This document shows, piece after piece, positions 38,546 through 51,763 of a stretch of DNA of 64,000 nt. A program made the position numbers and the translations under genes. The stretch's first letter is position 1. The number at the start of each line of letters is the position of its first letter. The stretch is from contig OX597819.1 in NCBI GenBank assembly GCA_951406725.2, positions 135,408,001-135,472,000 on the forward strand, read 5' to 3'. The DNA comes from Octopus vulgaris. Its lineage: Eukaryota. The notes below the pieces were generated by a model. It did not search any database, was not told the DNA's origin, and worked only from the letters and a program-made list of their open reading frames with translations.

Positions 38546-39679
38546 AATAAGCTGCAAAGGCTTAATGAAGAAAATGGCCATTCAATGTAATGTGAGGATT
38601 AATGAGAATTTTTATCAAACAGAATATTTTTACATAAAGAAGAAAAGAAAGGAAATAATTAAAAATACAAAAGATGAGATTAATGAGAAGGAAAAAGGCA
38701 GATTTGAAACTAATTTCGATGTTTCTTTAAAATATTTACAATTTTCGAAATATTTATGAAAACAAAATTGTGTTCGTATATTCTTTTACATATTGCATTC
38801 ATTTGGCTCGGTCATGCTGGGGCACCTCCTTAAATAGTTTCCTTAATCAGATCAACGCTTATAAGTCTATCAGTTCCTTTTACGGAAGCGACGAGTTGCG
38901 ACGGAGTAAACGAACCAACACCGGTCTTTACACGGTGATGCGAGACAACGTCAAACACGAACACAATCACACACACAACTACACAACGGGCTTCCATTCT
39001 TTCCAGAATTGGTCCATCCAAGGGTATAGTACTAAACACTGAAAAACACTTGCCTAATGTACCATGCACTGGGATTGAACTAGAAACCACTTGGTTGCGA
39101 AGCAAATTTTTTAACTGCAAAGTCACATCTTGCCTACAAAGTCTTTCCATGTTTAGAATGAAACCGTCTCCAATTTATTTCCAGTTGCGAGAATTATGTG
39201 TAACTTTGAAAGTTGTAATGTTCGCTACGTTTAGAGAAATATTAAAGTTATTTTGAGCTATTTCGAACCAGACACTCAACACCACCGCCATGTTTTTTCC
39301 CAAGTATAGAGAACCCAGAACCACCTTGTCTTTAAGATGATAAATTTTGAATGGAGTAGGATTCGGGTAATAATTATAGCAGATCTTGGTTTGGCTCCCT
39401 TTTTGCTGGAGATTAACTTTGGAAATAAAGATAAACTTTGAAATTTCATTTGTTGTTGATGTTGTTGTTGTAAGCCCCGACCTCTCCCTAAACACATCCA
39501 TTGTTACATAAACATTTTAAAAACTCTGTGGAATTTTCAAGAAAAAAAAATTAAAAATGAAATTCAATTTTGTGAAACTTACTTAAAATGCATATTTTCC
39601 TGTCAAATAGAACCTCCTTGTCGACTCGATTGTTAGTAAAATACGGTTTCTATTTCTCTCTGCCAATAATTTGCCATAA

Positions 39680-41200
39680 GGCTTCATCCAAACTCTAGAA
39701 AGTGACACTTATAGCTGAGCACGGGACAAGAATTGTGTTGGAAGATATATTCCAATTTGTTTAAATGTCTGTCCCTGTGCTTTGTTGCATGTCAAGGCAA
39801 AGAATGGTTCCACAGGAAATTGTTTGTATGGTAACTATGAACGGGAACTCCATTCCTTTAGACCCATTTGGAATCCCTGAGAATACCAACATTCATCCTA
39901 CAAAAGAACCACAAGCAACCCCAGCAGCAATAATAAGATCTTGGAAGCAGATAATAACGTAGCCTGTGTCATTGCAATGGTCTTGTTTAGCATCTAAATT
40001 CTTCAAAAACCTAATGCAGCCTCTTGTCTTTAGGGTGAGAATATGTCCATGGAAACTCTGATGGTAGGAGTTTGTTGATGAATTTGATTAGGTACAGAGC
40101 TTCGTTATCAACTGTATCTGAGCTTCTGTATATCTTTACTTCGCCAAGGATCCTGGTCAACATGAATTCGTTTACAAATTGTGATATTTCATTTGCTGGA
40201 GTAATAATGGGTCTGTTTGCAAGCCACATGGGGTCTGTGAAGTTATTTGCAAGACAACATCACATAAACTTGACAGGCCAAAGTTGTAAAGCAGGTTGAT
40301 TTTGGATGCACCTAGACTTTGTTCGACAGAAATATCACCATTTCCAGGATCAAAATGGTGATTAACAGACTCTTTTTCATCAGAATGACCTTTTGTAAGA
40401 AGTCTTAGATTGGTTCCTATCTTCACTATTTCTACTCAATCCTCAAGAAAAGATCTGCATCAACAAATTATAATCTTCCAAGATGACATAACTGCAAGAA
40501 TTTGTTTTCTATCACCAGACAGTAATATAGTAAATTCACAAACAGGTTTGTTACAGTCTCACACATCATGCAATCTCCTTTCAAGGCACTCACAGAGATG
40601 CTTAGGCCCCATCCTGGTCCCATCGATAACTAAGAGACCAGATCGAGGCACAACTTCTCTTGTGGCATCTCTCTTTGTGAGTCTTAATGTTGATTTTGTT
40701 GTCTCACTGAAAGAAATCTTGGACATAGAATGAAGAACTCTCCCTTTCAGAAGCAAAGTGGTTGCAATAGCAGACGTGGCAGTAGCAACTATCAAGTATG
40801 ATGTTGATCACATAGGTTTTCCCTGTGCCACCATTTGCATTTAAGAACAGAATTCTTCCTTCTTTTACTATTTATGGACCTGATAGCTTTATCAAAATCT
40901 AGTCGTTGTTCAATGTCTAAAGTTGGCAGAAGTTTATTAATACATTTTTTTGCCTTAAAAATGGTTTCTTCCCTAAGCCCAATTGGAATATTAGCTTCTT
41001 CAACAATTCTTGTATCTGGTCAAGGAAGACCATTGTGGCTGTAGATATCGAAGCTGTCAACTTCAAGCTTCCTTTGGATATTTATAAGAAAAATGTTCAC
41101 TTTCCGTTTAGAGACGATTTCTTCATTGTTCTGGTGCATATTTTCTTCAGCGACATAATTCTTCCAGAAAACAGGACGATCACCTGGCATGCATATTTCA
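39680..41200 (-). pseudogene. Helitron Rep/PIF1 helicase fossil
   Basis: Walker A LNANGGTGKT, ATATSAIATTLLLKGR, the WLANRPIITP..N segment, NKAQGQT and a motif VI-like SLSRV segment; frameshifted. Confidence 0.85.
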
Positions 41201-41519
41201 GTTGGGACAGAAAATCGATTTTATTTTGTCAGCGGTTTTATCGGGATTCGTGCTTTCAACCCTAGACTACTTAAAACAACACATTATCGAGATGGATGTC
41301 AGCCAAATTAAAATAAACAAACTCTCGCCCACAGCAGGAACAAACCGACCTCTTCTCTCCATAAATACACGCGGACGTTCAACTATAAGAAACATGTATT
41401 CGAGAATGTTCTTTCTTTTAAAAATGGAAATTACATTTTAAATTAAAAACATACTTTTTTTTTCCTATTACCTAAATATATTCGCAAATTTTAGGATTTA
41501 GTTCACTTTTTTTCCTATT

Positions 41520-44500
41520 CCATGGCATTCACTTCTTTCCTGTTCCATTCACATCCCTTCCGGTCTGATCCCTTTCCTCTCGTATTTGACTCTCACATTT
41601 TTGCAGCTTAAAATAGGACGACAACCGGTGCACGGCTGCACTAAACTGTACTAGCCTTGCATATTCTTGCTCTCTCCTCTTTGTATTTCTCAGGCACTGG
41701 CTTATCTTTGGAGCTTTCTGACCAAATGCTAATACGAAAAAAGAAATTTAATAAATTTCCAAGAAATTAAGAAAAAAAATGATAGAAACGTTTCATACTT
41801 TATCATGTGAGATTTGACTGTTGCTTCTAGCAGGTGCAACCACAATCGAGGCTGTGTGACGATTGCAGGGAGAAGTGAAGCTAAGGGGTTAGAATCGTAA
41901 TATTAAAAAAAGCGAAATTTTTAGATGTCAAACGAAAAACGAATTAGTGATGAGGAGAAGTGTTCGATATTTATTGATAATATATTATAAACACTTCGAT
42001 CTATTATTTGCATTAAATCATATTTGGAAATCTTCACAAACTGCGCAGAAAAACAGGTTTTATTTCGCATAAAAGAAAACAATAGAATTTAAAGTAAAAG
42101 GGATGTAATAAGAGTTATTATTCTTACCGTTTCAACGTTGACTCCTCCCACTACATCGTATACGTGTCTCCGCCCATTTTTGCTTCCTTTATTAACTCAT
42201 ACTCTTCCTCTATTGGTAAATGTATTTATTATTCTCTCGCGCTCTCTCCCTCTTTCTATGTCTCTCTCTCTCTCTTTCTCTTCTCCTCCGTCTCTCACCT
42301 CATCATAAATTGCCCAATGCTTCCCCCCTTCCCTTGCTTTCTGTCTTAACTCCCCTGCTCTCTTTCTTATTAAACACAAATAGCATTTTCTTTGTCCCGC
42401 CCTCAAAACATATCCTCCCACTTCTCCCTCTTTCTCTCCTTTCTCTCTGCACCTCATTATATATTCATGTTTAACCACCCTGCCTGCCTTACTATATCGT
42501 TCACCTCATCCTCTCCCTCACTTCCTAAACGTATATATATCAGTTCCCACTCTCTCTATCTCTGTCTCTCTCTCACGCACTCACTCACACACTCCCTCTG
42601 CTACCTCATATATTAATATATCCCTCCCCTTCCTTAGGTTTTCTCTCCTTTTTCTTTCCCTCTCAGCACCCCACACATTACTGTATCCCTCCCCCTCCCC
42701 TAGATTTCCCTATCCCTCTTTTTCCTTTCTTTCTCTCTCTCTCTCTCACGCATTCTGTCTCTCTCTCTCTCTCTCTCTCTCCCACTCTCATTCTTTCTCT
42801 GCTTCCTCATACATTAATATATCCCTCCCCTTCCCTAGGGTTTCTCTCTCTCACTCTTTCTTCCTTTCTCTCTCTCTCTCTCTCTCTCACTCTCTCACGC
42901 ATTCTGTCTCCCTCTCTCTCTCCCTCTCATTCTTTCTCTGCTTCCTCATACATTAATATATCCCTCCCCTTCCCTAGGGTTTCTCTCTCTCTCACTCTTT
43001 CTTCCTTTCTTTCTCTCTCTATCTCTCCCACCTCCTTATATCTTACCCTCTCCCTCTTCCTCTCCTTTTATCCCTAAGAAACCTTACTTTCTTACAAATA
43101 AATTATATTTTCAGATTTACCTTCAAATTTCTCTCTCGCTAATTATTTTACCAGAAGCTAATTATTTAACTAACCATTAATGACATAATTACTGTGTAGT
43201 TCTTAATTGAGCAAATTAAATAGCCGAGACATTGACGGACAATTTAAGAAGCATTTATTCAAAGAATCCTCCTACACCTGGTTTGACATCATGCTAGAAA
43301 TAACAGCCCACTACACTCAAAGTTGCTTTGTTTTTCATACGAAATTGAAAGACAATTTAAGAAGCATTTATAAAACTTTTTCCCGGATCTGGTCAGACTT
43401 CTTCCTCGAAAGAGAAACCAAATGAAGAAGCGTCTATAAAACGTATTGGTGGTCTGGTATCTTGCTAGAAATAACAGCCCACTACACTCAAAGTTGCTTT
43501 GTTTTTCATACGAAATTGAAAGACAATTTAAGAAGCATTTATAAAACTTTTTCCCGGATCTGGTCAGATTTCTTCTTCGAATGAGAAACCAAGTGAAGAA
43601 GCGTCTATAAAACGTATTGGTGGTCTGGTATCTTGCTAGAAATAACAGCCCACTACACTCAACGTTGCTTTGTTTATCATACGAAATTGAAAGACAATTT
43701 AAGAAGCATTTATAAAACTTTTTCCCGGATCTGGTCAGACTTCTTCCTCGAATGAGAAACCAAGTGAAGAAGCGTCTATAAAACGTATTGGTGGTCTGTT
43801 ATCGTGCTAGAAATAACAGCCAAGTATGTTCAAGTTTGGTTTTGTGTTTCATATGAAAATGAAGGACACTTCGAAACTCTTCTCTCTCCTTCCTCATTCT
43901 GTATTAATACCTCATCCTTCCCCTCTTCCTTTCTCTAATACATGATAAACTCCCTCTCTTATCACACACATCATTCCCTCTCCTCCTCTACTCCTCTCCC
44001 TCCCCCTCTGTCACTTATTTATGTTATTGTTTAACCCCGCCTCCCTCATCCCTCGTTTTCTCTCAACTCTTACTCTCCCTCCCTCACAAAGCATATATCT
44101 CATACATCATCTCTGTTTCCTTCCCCCTCCCTCAATTTTTGTCTCTCTCCCTCTTTATCACCTCATATCTCATACTCTCCCTCTACCTCTTTTCCGCTCC
44201 GCCCCACGTCACACTCTCCCTCTCTTTCTAAACCTATGTATCATTTTCTCTCTCCCTCCACCTTCTTATATAATATTCTCTCATTCTCTTACCTCATTCT
44301 TTCCCTCCCATTCCATCTCCCTCTCTTTCTCTATGTCTGTCTTTCTCTCTCTTTGCTCTCTTGATTTCTCTATTTCAGTCTCTCTCTTTCGCCCTCTCGC
44401 TTCTTATGTCTCTCTCTCTGTCTCCGTGTCTCTGTTTGTCTGTCTCTCTCTTTCTCCCTCTCTCTATTACCTTATTATATATTAATGCTCCGCCTTTTTA

Positions 44501-44790
44501 CTCTTTGTCTCTCATCTCATACTCCTCCTCTCTTCTTAACATTTATTTCTCTAATCCCTCCTCCTTTCTCCTCCTCTCTCTCTCTCCCTCTCTCTCTTTC
44601 TTCTCATCATTTTTACAGAATTACGTCGCCTTCCTCTCTATCTCTCTCTCATTCTTTCTTTCCTTTCTGTCTTTCTTCTTCCTTCATTTCTCTCATTCAT
44701 TCTTTCTTTCCTTCTTACTTTCTGTCTTTCTTTCTTGTTTCTTTCTTTCGTCGTTTTCTTGCTTTTTTTCTTTTTTTCTTTCTTTCTTTC

Positions 44791-44835
<45 letters not shown>

Positions 44836-46468
44836 TGTCTTTCTTTCTTTTTTCTTTCTTTCTTTCCTTTTATCTTCCTTTCTTTCTTCCCTCATTTTTC
44901 TCATTCTTTCTTTTTCCTTCTTTCATTTTCGATATTTCTTTATTTTTCTGTCTGTTTTTCATTTCCTTCTTCTTACCTTTCATTCTTTTTTCTTTCCTCG
45001 CTCTTATCTTTCCTTCTCCTTTGCTTCTTTCCTTTTTCTTTCTTCCTTCATTCTTTTTTCTTTCTTTCTTTCCTTTCTTTCTTTCTTTTTTCTTTCTGTC
45101 TTTCTTTTTTCTTTCATTTCTCTCATTCTTTCTTTTTTCTTTCCTTTCATCCTTTCTTTTTTCTTTCTGTCTTACTTTATTTCCTTTCTTCCTTTCTTTT
45201 TTCTTTCCTTCCTTTCTTCTTTCCTTTCTGTCTTTCTTTATTTCTTCCTTCATTTCTCTAATTATTTCTTTCTTTCTGTCTTTCTTTTTTCTTTCTTTCT
45301 TTCCCTTCTTTCTTTTTTTATTTATTTCGTTTCTTTCTTTCATTCTTTTTTTCTTTCTATCTTTCCTATCTGTCTTCCTTTCTTTCTTACTTCATTTTTC
45401 TCATTCTTTCTTTCTTTCCTTCTTTCATTTTCGTTATTTCTTTAATTTTCTTTCTGTTTTTCATTTCGTTCTTCTTACCCGTCATTCTTTTTCTTTCCTC
45501 GATCTTATCGTTCCTTCTCCTTTGCTTATTTCCTTCTTCCTGCATTCTTTTTTCTCTTTATTTCTTTTTGTTTCTTTCCTTTCTTTCTTTCTTCATTTCT
45601 CTCATTCTTTCTTTCTTTCCTTTCTTCCTTTCTTTTTTCTTTCTTTCCTTCCTTTTTTCTTTCTTTTTCCTTTCTTCTTTCTTTCTTTCTTCCTTCATTT
45701 TTCTCATTCTTCCTTTCTTTCCTTTCTTCCATTCTTTTTTCTTTCTTTCCTTTCTGTCTTTCTTTATTTCTTCCTCCATTTCTCTCATTCTTTCTTTCTG
45801 TCTGACTTTCTTTCTTTTTTCTTTCTTTCTTTCATTCATTTTTCTTTCTTTCTTTCTTTCCTTTTATCTTCCTTTCTTTCTTCCTTCATTTTTCTCATTC
45901 TTTTTTTCTTTCCTTCTTTCATTTTCCTTATTTCTTTGTTTTTCTTTCTGTTTTTCGTTTCCTTCTTCTTACCCCTCATTCTTTTTTCTTTCATCGCTCA
46001 TATCTTTCCTTCTCCTTTGCTTCTTTCCTCTTTCTTCCTTTCTTTTTTTGTCGTTGTTTCGTTTCCTTTCCTTTTCTCCTTTCTCTCTCTCTCCCTCTCG
46101 CCCTGCTCTTATCGTTCTTTCTATCTTTCCTTCATTTTCCTTCATTCTTTCTATCTTTCATTTTTTACCTTTCCATTTTTCTTTCTTTTCTTTCTATCTT
46201 TCCTTCTTTCCTTTTCCTTTCTTGATACTTTTCTTTCTCCCTTCCTTTCTTTCTTTCTCTCACCCCCGCTCTCTCTCTTTGTTTATTACGGAATCACTCC
46301 GCTTTCTTTCCTTCTTCTTTCTTTCTTTCTTCTTTCTTTCTTCTTTCTTTCTTTCTTTCTTTTTTCTTTCTTTCCTTCTTTCTTTCTTTTTTCTTTCGTT
46401 CTTTCTTTATTTCTTTTTTCTTTCTTTCTTTCTTTCTTTTTTGTTTCTTTCTTTCTCTTTTCTTTCGT

Positions 46469-46502
<34 letters not shown>

Positions 46503-47155
46503 GCTCTCATTTGATGCATTATTACAGAATCAAGTTACTTCATTCTTTCTTTTTTCTCTTTTCTTTCTTCCTTTTTCTCTCTCTCATTCTCTTTCATTCT
46601 TTCCTTCTTTTTACCCTCTCTCTCTCACTCTCTTTCTTTCCCTTAATCTCATTGTTTCCCTCCCAAAACCATTTCGACCTTTATAAAATAATCTCACCTC
46701 TCTATTGTCTCGCATCATTCGTGAAACAGCAAACAAACACCTTGAAATTCCATTTTTTTTATAAAAGCAGGACACTTGAGGAAGCGTCTATCAAATATAT
46801 TGTCCTACAGGTGGTCGGGTAATATGCTAGAAATAACAGTTCAATACACTATATTCTGCATTGTTTTTCATGAAAGATTGAAGGAGACTTTAAGAAGCAT
46901 CCGGAGGAATATTATCCAATTGGTGGTCCTACGTGATGCTAGAAATAACAGCCAAATACATAAAAGTTTTGTGTTGTCACTCATATAAAAATTAAGGATA
47001 CTTAGAAAATGCTCTCTCTCCCATCTCAGCATGTATTAATATATCCCCCCAAATCTTACCCGAATACCCCTAATCTCTAAGCCACTTGCCTTCACTCCAG
47101 CGACCATGCAAACTGTGTGATGATTGCAGGCAGAGTGAAAGGAAATGTAAAGAAT
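41520..47155 (-). repeat. Composite repeat, right (inverted) copy with polypyrimidine tract and 3 units of the 171-bp repeat
   Basis: Reverse complement of 5950-12440; 171-bp units at ~43294, 43465, 43636; CT tract at 43870-46660. Confidence 0.9.
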
Positions 47156-47550
47156 TGGAAATGTGAAAAAGCGAAGTAAAAAACGAATCAGTGACGTGGA
47201 GTCGCAATCTGTACTAATTCCATTGATCAATGTTCGATATTTATCGATAATGTGTTATAAACACTATTTTATATTATTCTCTCTCTTTTTAATAATAGGC
47301 ATCATTCGCCGTCGCTCCTCCCCTTTCTCTCCCTCCACACACCGCACGATGCTCTCTGAAGCGGTGTTCCATCCAGATGTCCTCACATCCGTTTCTCTCA
47401 TCAATAGGCGAACCGTTGTTCCATCCGTCTCTTTGCCATTGTCGGCCGACCTGTGTATATGTGTATGTGTGTGTGTGTGTGTGTTTGTGCGTCCATATAT
47501 TGGGTTGGTCCTTTGGGTCTTATCGACACCATTACCTCTCATAACCTCAA

Positions 47551-47670
<120 letters not shown>

Positions 47671-47680
47671 ATATATATAA

Positions 47681-47907
47681 TTTATTTAAAGCTGCAGAAA
47701 ATTCAATAAAACCTGTTACTCTGAGTTTCCCGTTGCCGGTCATCGGACAGTTTTTTCTAGCAAAAACTGTCCGATGAACGGCAACGGAAACTCAGAGTAA
47801 CAGGTTTTATTGAATTTTTTTCTGCTTTAAATAAAGCATATTACTCTTCTACTGGTATTTGAATGCTCTTTTTTCCACCTTATTTCACATTTATGTGTTT
47901 ACTCCGG
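47681..47907. mobile_element. Fold-back mini-element with two divergent hammerhead motifs, between TA tracts
   Basis: Arms 47681-47756 and 47761-47835 around a CTAG centre. Minus arm reads ctgt-CCGATGA-CCG-GCAA-CGG-GAAA-CTCAGA-GTA-acag; ~70-nt unpaired tail on the right. Confidence 0.75.
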
Positions 47908-47940
47908 TGTGTGTATATATATATACATATATATATATAT

Positions 47941-48257
<317 letters not shown>

Positions 48258-48807
48258 TATATTTGTGTGCAAGTGTTTATGTGTGTGCATCCAACTATGA
48301 ATGTATGTATACATATATGTAGGGATATATTTATTTACAAATATATATTCATGTATGTGTGTGTTCCTGTGTATTACTTTCGCCTAATTTGCGGTGGGTT
48401 ATGATTATAGCCATTACTTAACAAATAATCATTAATTCTTTAGTCTGCAATAAAAAGAAGGGACACAAAACATATATAATAACGTATGATTTTTACATCT
48501 CATCACATTTATAGATTGTCATTTAAGCCCAACTCTTCGGTTGCCTTAATTTCGGGACATACTCTCCATTCTCTCTCACACCTTCTATATACATATATAC
48601 ATACACACTGACAGAGACTCACTCACGCGCACACACACACTGATATTTTATCTACTCTATTTCTCAAACTGTTAAGTTACAGGTTATAAAAAGACAAAAC
48701 GTAAACAGCACCACCAGTTTTTCCAACTAATGTAAGCATAAAATCTAATACACATACATGTGTATGTATGTACGTGAATATGTACGTATGTAGATATACA
48801 CTTTTAA

Positions 48808-49029
48808 CCCTTTCGTTACTGTATTTATTTTGAGATGCTCTGAGTTTCTTTCAATTAATTTTAAATATAACAAAGAATTTAGTAAAATAACTTAGTCATC
48901 ATTAAGCTAGTGTTAGGAATATAAATTGTGACTAAGGTTTGGTGGAAGATTTTAATTCAAAACTTATAAAAACAAGACATTTGTATGACAGAGGCGGAGG
49001 CGTTTTCTGCTAGGTTGGTAACGAAAGGG
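48808..49029. mobile_element. piggyBac-type MITE
   Basis: TIR CCCTTTCGTTAC...GTAACGAAAGGG with TTAA on both sides (48804-48807, 49030-49033). Confidence 0.85.
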
Positions 49030-49124
49030 TTAAGGTGACTCGAGTGCTGAGAGCTTCATAAAGATATATACACTAATACTTTGATATAACAAAAATACAG
49101 ACAGGGAAAATTACATCTTTAATT

Positions 49125-49292
49125 ACTCTTACTCTTTTAATTGTTTTAGTCATTTGACTGCGGCCATGCTGGAGCACCGTCTTTAGTCGAGCAAATCGGC
49201 CCCCAGGACTTATTCTTTGTAAGCCTAGTACTTATTTTATTGGTCTCTTTTGCCGAACTGCTAAGTCACAGGGACGTAAACACACCAGCATC
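49125..49292 (-). mobile_element. 3' half of the tRNA/CORE-like SINE
   Basis: Matches 14830-14995. Confidence 0.8.
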
Positions 49293-50612
49293 AACTACTC
49301 CAGCATCAACACACCAGCATCAACTACTCCAGCCTTCAGCTGAGGCTGACGTGTTTTCGCTAATCCGACCTGTCAGCGGCCAAAGACACAGAAGACACAG
49401 AAAAACAAATACAACCCAGCAGGACTACTGATAAACAACTGTAATTACTGGAAGATCTACTATTTTCTGTGAGTAATTTGAATTTCCCTCAAAATAAGTT
49501 AAAGAGTTCCAAACCTACAGTTTGGGACAAAAATTTTAGAATCATAAATATCTCCATTTTTTGTGTGAACATTTTGCCGTCATCTCTTCCTTGAGTATCA
49601 GATTATGTAAAAATGCCTTTATTGTAACAACACAATTAAATGCACGCTAAAAGTATGGACGTAAACACCAGCTAACCTTTATTTTCTTCTTGACTACCCG
49701 AAATATGCAGACATACCTTTTATTGCAATCACAGTATTAAACACGTGGAAAATAAGAAAAAAAAAGAAAAGAAAAAATACTCTTTATAGTTTCGCTCTGC
49801 TCGTACACGACTCTATTCACAAGTACTGTTTATAGTCGGCCCCTCCTTGATTTTTCTCAAAGTCAAGGTCACTGTTCGCAAGTTCCATCAACACTATTGC
49901 AGACAATTTGAACTCTCTTTGACCGATCGTTCTTCATCTCACTTTATGAACTATTGCTACTGCTGCTATCAGAATTTACTGCTGTTACTACTATCGCTAC
50001 AATTAGAAACATACAAGTTGACGATGACACCGAGATGTCTTTCCCCGTGTCTGAATTATACCTGTGGCACCAACGAAAAATCCCTTTCTTTCTCTGTGTT
50101 GGGAGAAAAGAGAATTTACAATAAAAACAAACCCTCAGCCCTCCCTCCAACGTATAAATTACTTTAAAAATAAATACTTTAAAATGGAAAAACGTGAGAA
50201 AAAAAGAAGAAAAAATTAATAATCTAAATTAACGATAGACAACAACATGTGCCTTCTCGCACATAAACACATTATTCACACATATACAAACATGCGCAGA
50301 CGCAATTATTGAAGTACTAAATGGCACGTCAAATGATATTTAATCGTGTGGAACATTTTACATGCATATCAATATTCTAAAGTTGGACCTACTATCCCTT
50401 ATCCTAAAGCTGCTTCAGACAATTAGGAAGGGTTCCCGACTCGTTTCACCGTCTGCTTTCAATCTTGGATTGTGATTCGGCTCAGCCCAAACTCTCTCAG
50501 ATTTTGTCTGCTGTTGCCTACTCCTACAAGGATTGCAGCTGTTTTTTGTTCCTGATTTAACTCAGATTTATCCTAGAGCCCATAGAAGATTGTTTTTAGT
50601 CAACCATCTATC

Positions 50613-51763
50613 ATGTCAGCTACCTACAGATCGAAACTGAGATCTGCAAGAAGGGCTTCTCATCAAGATGATGGTCCTACCAATAGTCAGCTCAACGAGC
50701 AGTTGCTGTTGCTCAAACAAGAGGTCGAGCACCTAAAGTCTGTTGTTGCTCTTTTACTGAATAAACAGTCTCCTATTAACGCAGAGTCACCCTTGATTTC
50801 TTCCCTGGAGACGTCCAAACCGAAGGGAACAAAATCGAAGCGGCCAAAGAAGACGAAGGAACCGGCGGTCGTTTCTGCACATGATCGTTCCTGTGCGGAT
50901 TCTTCCTCATCTGCCTTTTCGGTCCCGGAGGTTCTCCAACCTAATTTGAGGAGCGTAGACTCAAACCCACCTGAAGACCGTTGTTCTCCCCAAAAGAAGA
51001 AACGTAGTCAAAACTCCAGTGGGGCAGATTTAGGCTATGAAACCTGATCACGATAAAATCTGTTTGGATTCTCCCTCACTTGTCCTTCCCATTAATGCCA
51101 TTGCTCAACCAATTCTGAACGATCTCGATGTGAGTTCATCTGGGGAAGAAGAGGCAGTGCAGTTCCAAACCAGGCGGGAAAATTATGACCACTAAACCCA
51201 TTCCGATCGACCCCACAGGCCGACATAAGTCTGATGGCTATGAAACCACCCTTTCGAAATCATCCAATTAAGAATCGAATACCGCAGCTCATAGTAGAGA
51301 ACATTTTGCCCACTCAAGATCAGCAATAATTTATGGTAAAGCTGAATCCACCTGTGATACAGGCATAAACCGCCTAAAAGAAGACATTAATTTTGTTTCC
51401 ATTTTAGTTGGAGAATTGTTCTCTGTGAACGAAAATGTCAGTATCCATAAGGTCGCTCGGCTAGGAAGATTCCAAGCGAACCCAACCTCAGATACTAGAC
51501 CACGCCCAATAAGGGTAATCTTTTCTTCCGATCGGGAGGCTTCAACCTTTCTGAACAGAGCTCAGACGCATGCCTGGGAGGACCCCAATATGGGTTTTCG
51601 CGAGGAATACTCACTGAGAGAGAGAATTCGCCGGAGAAACCTAATATCCGAAATAAAGATGAGGAAACAGATGGGAGAGAAGGGTTTACGCATCCAAGAT
51701 GGACAAATAATCAAGTCCTACCTCTGGTCGCATGCTGTAGTGCTGACAGGGAAAGTGAAGTGA
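50613..51763 (+). pseudogene. LINE ORF1 (coiled coil + RRM-like), disrupted
   Basis: LNEQLLLLKQEVEHLK coiled coil; VARLGR...PRPIRVIF typical of CR1 ORF1; stop and frame change after 51047. Confidence 0.75.

Noticed and set aside
49790-50065. Possible 5' exon of paralog B on the minus strand
   Set aside because: Acceptor-like site but no sustained ORF or ankyrin/MIB similarity.
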